This document shows positions 35,301-40,059 of a DNA stretch of 40,059 bases, one piece after another. The position numbers and the translations under genes are program-made. The notes under the pieces are model-generated. The model made no database searches. It was not told where the DNA came from and saw only the letters and a list, made by a program, of their open reading frames with translations. Within the stretch, counting starts at the first letter, position 1, and every line of letters begins with the position of its first letter. Location: IMG/VR virus record IMGVR_UViG_3300030330_002704, positions 1-40,059 of that record; one strand, given 5' to 3'. This DNA comes from a virus. Its lineage: Duplodnaviria; Caudoviricetes.

Positions 35301-38300
35301 AAGATGTTTTGCCTGGAGAAACAGAGGCTGCTGCTCGTTTCCGTCAGCAGTTTATTGCAAAGAGCAAAGACAAGAGGAGTCGTGGGTCTGAGTTAACTGA
35401 TGCAGAAAAAGCACAAGACTCACCTCTTGTTCGAAGCATTGAAAGCCGGGTTGGCAGAAAGCTTTCTAGAAGCAAAACAGCAGAGGTTGATCCCGGTGTT
35501 CCAGGTCGAAGCATTTCTACCTCTCGTGAGGTAGGGCAAAGCATGCCTCTTGCTGGAAAAAGGTTGGCAAGAGAGCAGCGCCTGTTTGAGGCTGGGAAGA
35601 AAACTCAAAGACCAGGAACCAAGAAGGTCGTTGAAAGAGACCCTGAACTGCTTGAGGCTTTTAGTGACATTGAACAGCACAGAAGGCTCCGGGCAAACGA
35701 ATTTGCAGCAAAGGAATTTTACCAGCCGTTTAGCCCTGAATCCTTGCCCAACAAGCAACTTAACTGGCTAGAAGGAAATCCGTTTAAAGCAACTAAGGAT
35801 GACTTCCAGGTGTTGCGTGGCGAAAACTTTACGCCTCGAACAAGGGCTCTTGAGCTAGATAAATTTAATAGGCTTAAAATTGTAGAGGTTGAACAAGGAT
35901 CTTTGGTTTCTGTTCCGTTTGCAAAGGGCCCGCACGGCAAAACAAAAACTGAAACAGGAAAGTCAATTCCTCTTTCTAAAAGGCGGGGAACGGATCCTGT
36001 ATTGGACCCAGGATTTTACGCTTGGGATCCAAAGACCAAAAGCCTCATTAATGTAGATGGCTATAAGCCATTTAGAAGTCCTGACCAGTTAGTAGCTAGG
36101 ACTATGGAGTTGGCTACTGCTGATCCGCAAATGACAGGAGTTGGTTCTGCTCCTGCTGCTTATCGTGCGTCTTTTGTTAAGAAAGACCCAAAGACAGGAA
36201 AGAGACTTCCTAAGTCGGACCAAGAACGAATCGTAGAGCTAAGCGATATTCAGTCAGAGCGCCCACTAACAGGTGCACAAGTTAAAGAGCTAGAGGGGCT
36301 ACGTGATGCAGAATTACGTGCTGCCGGTGTTAAGAAGACAAAGGGCACTAAGTTCTTAAGTGAAGACCAGCTAGATGCTAAGAAGAAGAAGATTCTCCGG
36401 GTACTAGACAGAGCAAAGAAACAAAAGCAGGCTCAGGTTTACAGCGCTGTTGGTGGACTGCTTGTAACTGGATCCCGCAGCGATGCGCCACGGGTGTTTA
36501 AAGGAAAGAAGGATTGGGCTGCCAAGAGGCGCAAGCAAGGGGCTACAATCCAAGATGCTCCTGCTTATAATACTGGTGCGTCTATGGCCAACTGGCTTAT
36601 TCTTAGTAGTGGCAGAACTGATAAACTTACCCGTAAAGCAACACGTCTTAGGACTTCTAAGTGGATTACAGCAGGCAACCAAGCCCGTGTAACTGTAAGC
36701 AACTCATCTGTTCGTAGCCTTAAGAACTCTATTGGTGATGACCTTCAGGCTATTAACCGTGCAATCTACAATGATGGTCAGTTCCTAGAGGCTGTTCAGG
36801 CTATTGATGAGATGCGTTACGGATCCAGAGAAACAGGCTTCTCTGGTGTTAAAGGGGCTATTGAGGAGTCTGTTTACAGTGGTGGCCAAGGTATTGATGT
36901 TGGGATTGGCAAAAGAGGAAGAAGGGATCTCTATAAAGAAACAGACTTTGTAATGCCTGAAAACAGAATGGCTTCGCATCTTACGCTTACTGATTTAGTT
37001 GGCTTAGATGATGCACTTGCTGTTCTAAGAAAGACTGCAATACAACGGGCTATTCGTGGTACTGCTGTTGATCCTATAACTCTAAGAAGCGCTATTAAGA
37101 ACAATCCATACCGTGAAGCATTTACCAGGCTGACCGAGCAGTCATGGGTTAAGAAACTGGATAACCTCTCTGCTTTGCAGCTCGATAAATTAAAGTCTGA
37201 TATTGCAAACTTTCAAACTAAAGACATTTACAAGGGCAAAGCTAAGCAACCTGTTAATCTGCCAGACAATGTTAAGAAGGTATTAGATGACTTTACTCAG
37301 GTAGAGTACGACGCTCTCTATGCTGTCATTGACCGAGCTAAATCCTCAGAGATGAGCAAGCAGCTTACAAAACAGGAAAACCTGTTTGATTCCCTTGCTA
37401 GGAACTCAGAAAAGCGCAGAGCTGAAGGGGATGTATATAAGGCCGCTGACCTTACAATGGAAAGGCCTGAGCAGATTGCTGTGCTGAGGCAAACAGTAGA
37501 GGCTCAAGGTAAAGAGTATGTTGCCCCGCTAGATGTTATTGCAGGTCTGGATCAACGTCCTCTTAACGACCAGATCCTTAAGTCTTTCGATGCCCGTCCG
37601 GGCAAACCCTTAAAGGTTGGCCCGGATACCGAGGTTGTGAGGCCAGATAACCGAATCTCTGTTGATCCGTTTATTAATACGCTGATTGATCGTCAGTCAC
37701 GCCGCCTTACACAACTTACGGATATTCCTGCTCGCAATATTAAGATTGCACTTACAAGGTTAACCCGTGAAGTGTTTGAGCGTGGTGTGGGTATGCTTGC
37801 CTCTTCTGATCTGCAAGGTGCTGTTAAGCAGTTAGCACTACGCAAAATGAAACAAGAGGCTAAGACTAAACATAACATTATTATGGATCAAGGCCTTGTG
37901 GATCAAGCATCTACTGCGCTTGACCAAATCCTTGCTCGTTTTGATCGCCCCTTTAGACTTGTAGACCCTAATGAGGTTGTAACGTTACAGTCCCTGGGTC
38001 TTACCGATGTAGTTCAAAATGTCGGGATAAAGGGTGGTAACGACGTCAAGGTAACGATCCCTCTTGAGCCGTTGTTTAACGAAGCGCTTCAGACTGTTCG
38101 GCAATCCAAAAAGATTAGCGAGTCTGAGATTGCTATGCAGGCTGCCATGAAGATTAGTAAGATGCTTAGCGACGAAGCACGTCAGGCAGCATTCTTTAAG
38201 TCCCTTAGAAACGATTCTCAGCGCCTTAATATTGTTCCTGAGCGTATGGCAGAGATAAACAGCCTGCTTGCTCGTGAGAACCTGTCTCCTAGCGACCGTG

Positions 38301-40059
38301 CTTATATTAATCAGACACTGCTTGATACTGGCTCCGAGATGGTTGCCTCTGTGTTTGGTCGAAATGAGAATGCCATTGGCGGTCTAAATATCAGCAAGGC
38401 AACTCGCAATCAGTTGCAACGGGTTATTCGATCTAACCCCGAGCAAATCATCAAAGCTATCGAGGGGCAGAGAGGGAAGAAGCTAAGCAAGGCTGAGCGG
38501 AAAGATCTTATCGGTGAGGGTGGTAACGTTATTCAAACAAACAGCCGTGTCGGTGAGTACCTTGCATGGCTAGATACCTGGTCCGAGATTGGCAATGTAG
38601 AGGTTCGCTCTGTCTTTAGTAACAGGCGTCAGGCTCTCAGTGACTCCGACCTGGCTGCTATTCGCAATCAGATCTTCCCGAAAGACTCTATGCTTAACCA
38701 GAGTCTTGAAGCTACATTTAAGGATTCTGATTACCTTGTTAGCCCAGAGTGGAATCAAGCTCAGGGCTTTGAACTTGTTGGCCGTATGGAGCTAGATAAC
38801 TTATCTGCTCTTCTTTCACGCAACCAACAGGGTATTAATAAGTACCTGCTCGCTTTCCATCGTCACACTAAGGGTGCACTGACTACTCTTAATCCTGTTA
38901 CTCATGTCGGAAACTTTATGAGTAACGTTGCTGCTATATCAATGCTTACAGGCAAGAACCCCTTATGGGTTATTAAAGACACAGTAACTCACGGGTACCT
39001 GTTTAATAAGCTAAATAAGTTAAAGCGGTCTGGGCGCAAGGGTGACATTAAGAAGTTCCAAGAGAAGTATCCTGATGTTTATAGTGACTTTGAACTTCTT
39101 CGCCGTCTGGGTGTTCGCTTAGATCAGTTGTCTCGGTATGAGCTTGCTGGCCTTACAGAGATGCTTGGGGATACTTCTCTCACCAAGAAGATGAATCGTG
39201 AGTTCGGTAAACTAGGCAGGGCTCCTGTTGAGGCTGGCAACTTTGGCAAATTTGTTACTGGCTTTGCTGAAGCTGGCAACAGGGCACAAAAGGCCGCTCG
39301 TCGTCAGGCAGTTAAAGCATATAACCTTGGTGATGTTTCGTTCCGTGTTGCTGAGTTTAGGCGTGAGCTGGGTGAGATGCGTAGTGCTCTTAGCAGGCTG
39401 GATGTTGGGGATAAGGCCAATCCTAGATACATTGATCTCCGTACTGGCCCCAACAGTTACACTCGTATTTACAAAGAGGGCATGCCCGGTGCCCCCATCT
39501 ATAAGATGTGGGCCAAGGGCAAGTGGCGTGAGGTTAGCCCTGGTGAGATGCAGACACGCCTAGGCAAAGCTGCTCTCCGTAAAGTTAATCAGGTTATCTT
39601 TGATTATGGTGATATTCCGAACTTTATTCGGTTTATTCGAGACATGCCTTTGTCCCCAATCTTTAGCCCCTTTGTTACCTGGGCCTATAAAGCTTCGGAT
39701 ATTGCGGGTGCTAAGCGTGGCCTGATTGCTAACACTTTGTTTGAGAATCCTGGTTACCTTTCTAACGACGGTGCCGTTATGGCAATGCAACAGCGCCAGA
39801 TGATGATGCGAGATTTGCGTCGATCTGGTTTAGTTGCCGGCCTTACTTCTGTGCGTGATACTCAGGATGAGATCTCGTCCAAGCTAGGGTCGTACTTAAA
39901 TGAGCGCACTGGAATGGACACAGGGCTGGTTATGTCAACCATGCGTCCTGGTGTTGTTAGTACCTGGCGTACTACCAATATGGACCCGTTCTCTATGTCT
40001 ACAACCATCTTTAGAACTCAGGCTGGCATCCTTGCTGCTTTGATTTCTAGGCCGGAAGG
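32303..40059 (+). CDS. Giant (~2,833 aa) internal virion/ejectosome protein, continuing through the circular junction to 844
   Basis: ATG 32303 (MVTEPFADTS...) overlaps previous stop; no in-frame stop found by eye, and the track reports no ORF in this frame, consistent with running off the edge. Confidence 0.85.
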   Translation, partial: MVTEPFADTSQSIRGFYEAQRRMGQDPSTIDALAEERFGATLRGAYERGIDIDQPMPSQFAQTGMDVASQLPPEQPAQSVQPGAMGRPDEGIELADITDVPASVGGGLAGFAYGLGVDVPKALARGMGINLFNQADARVVSAAQDEWDTNVRMPLVRLAIEAGQSPELVHKLAQNDANWWDGSRGSVNRKFVNFGLLSPEDQQGDFQLRKSPILVGIRNIMNASGQEGFNALDLLTPDQQVAAIRSFEEAARAKGRIIDERLENDPVTQQIYDLESMVHQLDQEDKTFLQDAETDFKQLRDDTFYLIAEALGATEIQADYQQLASQGYFGRTAARASQAFQTGRGMSAGMVSLPVVAWNNPSLVRRKPVLSGMMILPFLKRGKGLTNKVKEVLQRQAAAGDTAAAAILAKAEAIGGTQIPGLRVRDTEVAGSPGVRPTPAVRPMQVSDLGAIPTGAMATLPFGVPEIGAAYGATGALARGAMGRFAPRFGQDAARESARGMAGEVSSVFDKLQEAIVRQEEMDQAGVREQRVTLDEPGYPVQVGEAPIEGALGQTQAAIGQPRIRQAPARMDFQSSSPFDNASQNLRMNNIANMVTSLRERLNLDPNEFIGSGIYRDGKYVEYFPFKDFKPLKVLADDSPELNARQVRFVKRQRDIVAAMIAERLENDYRYFRETNPSINRETILLDYASQLGLLDTERPVSTYKTTFNVEGDLKSFTPKDLDPGTFRELGFLPETINEFFENLGNERVLGETGFRNSIDLFDNVVDGYMATLEADGLANGDFVFIPDKAKTGIMFHDSARGPKYQTAQWVEQSVSPEVLRQFGLTDTGIKESIRFDGSIRANTPLARAVEASGNPKPRFYEMPYKDGAKYVPDTKDLGYERSVDPFRVTEEMAQNPERYGAVGASVDSQGRPTLLYPQEVVPEGKTQAVPRMREDRRVIDPETGEPALRQTTFASRTVRGTTRPDSEALMVEVGETRPSTGYALAESGRGKVRRETTLQDVLPGETEAAARFRQQFIAKSKDKRSRGSELTDAEKAQDSPLVRSIESRVGRKLSRSKTAEVDPGVPGRSISTSREVGQSMPLAGKRLAREQRLFEAGKKTQRPGTKKVVERDPELLEAFSDIEQHRRLRANEFAAKEFYQPFSPESLPNKQLNWLEGNPFKATKDDFQVLRGENFTPRTRALELDKFNRLKIVEVEQGSLVSVPFAKGPHGKTKTETGKSIPLSKRRGTDPVLDPGFYAWDPKTKSLINVDGYKPFRSPDQLVARTMELATADPQMTGVGSAPAAYRASFVKKDPKTGKRLPKSDQERIVELSDIQSERPLTGAQVKELEGLRDAELRAAGVKKTKGTKFLSEDQLDAKKKKILRVLDRAKKQKQAQVYSAVGGLLVTGSRSDAPRVFKGKKDWAAKRRKQGATIQDAPAYNTGASMANWLILSSGRTDKLTRKATRLRTSKWITAGNQARVTVSNSSVRSLKNSIGDDLQAINRAIYNDGQFLEAVQAIDEMRYGSRETGFSGVKGAIEESVYSGGQGIDVGIGKRGRRDLYKETDFVMPENRMASHLTLTDLVGLDDALAVLRKTAIQRAIRGTAVDPITLRSAIKNNPYREAFTRLTEQSWVKKLDNLSALQLDKLKSDIANFQTKDIYKGKAKQPVNLPDNVKKVLDDFTQVEYDALYAVIDRAKSSEMSKQLTKQENLFDSLARNSEKRRAEGDVYKAADLTMERPEQIAVLRQTVEAQGKEYVAPLDVIAGLDQRPLNDQILKSFDARPGKPLKVGPDTEVVRPDNRISVDPFINTLIDRQSRRLTQLTDIPARNIKIALTRLTREVFERGVGMLASSDLQGAVKQLALRKMKQEAKTKHNIIMDQGLVDQASTALDQILARFDRPFRLVDPNEVVTLQSLGLTDVVQNVGIKGGNDVKVTIPLEPLFNEALQTVRQSKKISESEIAMQAAMKISKMLSDEARQAAFFKSLRNDSQRLNIVPERMAEINSLLARENLSPSDRAYINQTLLDTGSEMVASVFGRNENAIGGLNISKATRNQLQRVIRSNPEQIIKAIEGQRGKKLSKAERKDLIGEGGNVIQTNSRVGEYLAWLDTWSEIGNVEVRSVFSNRRQALSDSDLAAIRNQIFPKDSMLNQSLEATFKDSDYLVSPEWNQAQGFELVGRMELDNLSALLSRNQQGINKYLLAFHRHTKGALTTLNPVTHVGNFMSNVAAISMLTGKNPLWVIKDTVTHGYLFNKLNKLKRSGRKGDIKKFQEKYPDVYSDFELLRRLGVRLDQLSRYELAGLTEMLGDTSLTKKMNREFGKLGRAPVEAGNFGKFVTGFAEAGNRAQKAARRQAVKAYNLGDVSFRVAEFRRELGEMRSALSRLDVGDKANPRYIDLRTGPNSYTRIYKEGMPGAPIYKMWAKGKWREVSPGEMQTRLGKAALRKVNQVIFDYGDIPNFIRFIRDMPLSPIFSPFVTWAYKASDIAGAKRGLIANTLFENPGYLSNDGAVMAMQQRQMMMRDLRRSGLVAGLTSVRDTQDEISSKLGSYLNERTGMDTGLVMSTMRPGVVSTWRTTNMDPFSMSTTIFRTQAGILAALISRPE
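39961..40059. repeat. Terminal direct repeat, right copy
   Basis: 98/99 identity to 1-99. Confidence 0.97.

Noticed and set aside
33259-39790. Many short ORFs on both strands in the last 7 kb
   Set aside because: Shadows of the giant plus-strand ORF
1-40059. tRNA genes, CRISPR arrays, integrase/att sites, reverse transcriptase/DGR, recoded stop codons
   Set aside because: None seen by eye; coding density is high under the standard code with all three stops used

Overview
The window is essentially a complete ~39,960-bp circular(ised) tailed-phage genome of podovirus-like architecture. Bases 2-99 are repeated exactly at 39962-40059 (base 1 C vs 39961 T). There are two transcriptional arms. 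The ~8.5-kb minus-strand early/replication arm (14235->5696) encodes small hypotheticals, a DUF932-like protein, a RecB/Cas4-like nuclease, a Sak4-like AAA ATPase, an SSB, RuvC and DnaB. The ~31-kb plus-strand late arm (14432->end->5703) encodes TerS, membrane/lysis proteins, basic proteins, TerL, scaffold, major capsid, portal, adaptor, nozzle, fibre-like proteins, ejection proteins including a LysM protein and a ~2,833-aa giant ORF missed by the ORF track, an M15 endolysin, a LamG protein, a holin and an HNH. I recognised no DNA polymerase, primase, integrase, tRNA or CRISPR array. Best leads: (1) a candidate -1 programmed frameshift that fuses a holin-like protein to an AUG-less frame ending in outer-membrane-type beta-strands, a possible new spanin type; (2) a circularly permuted Fe-S PD-(D/E)XK nuclease; (3) a multi-hairpin non-coding element whose G-U pairs point to the strand antisense to the early operon. 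Family assignments are from motif recognition by eye, not database searches.
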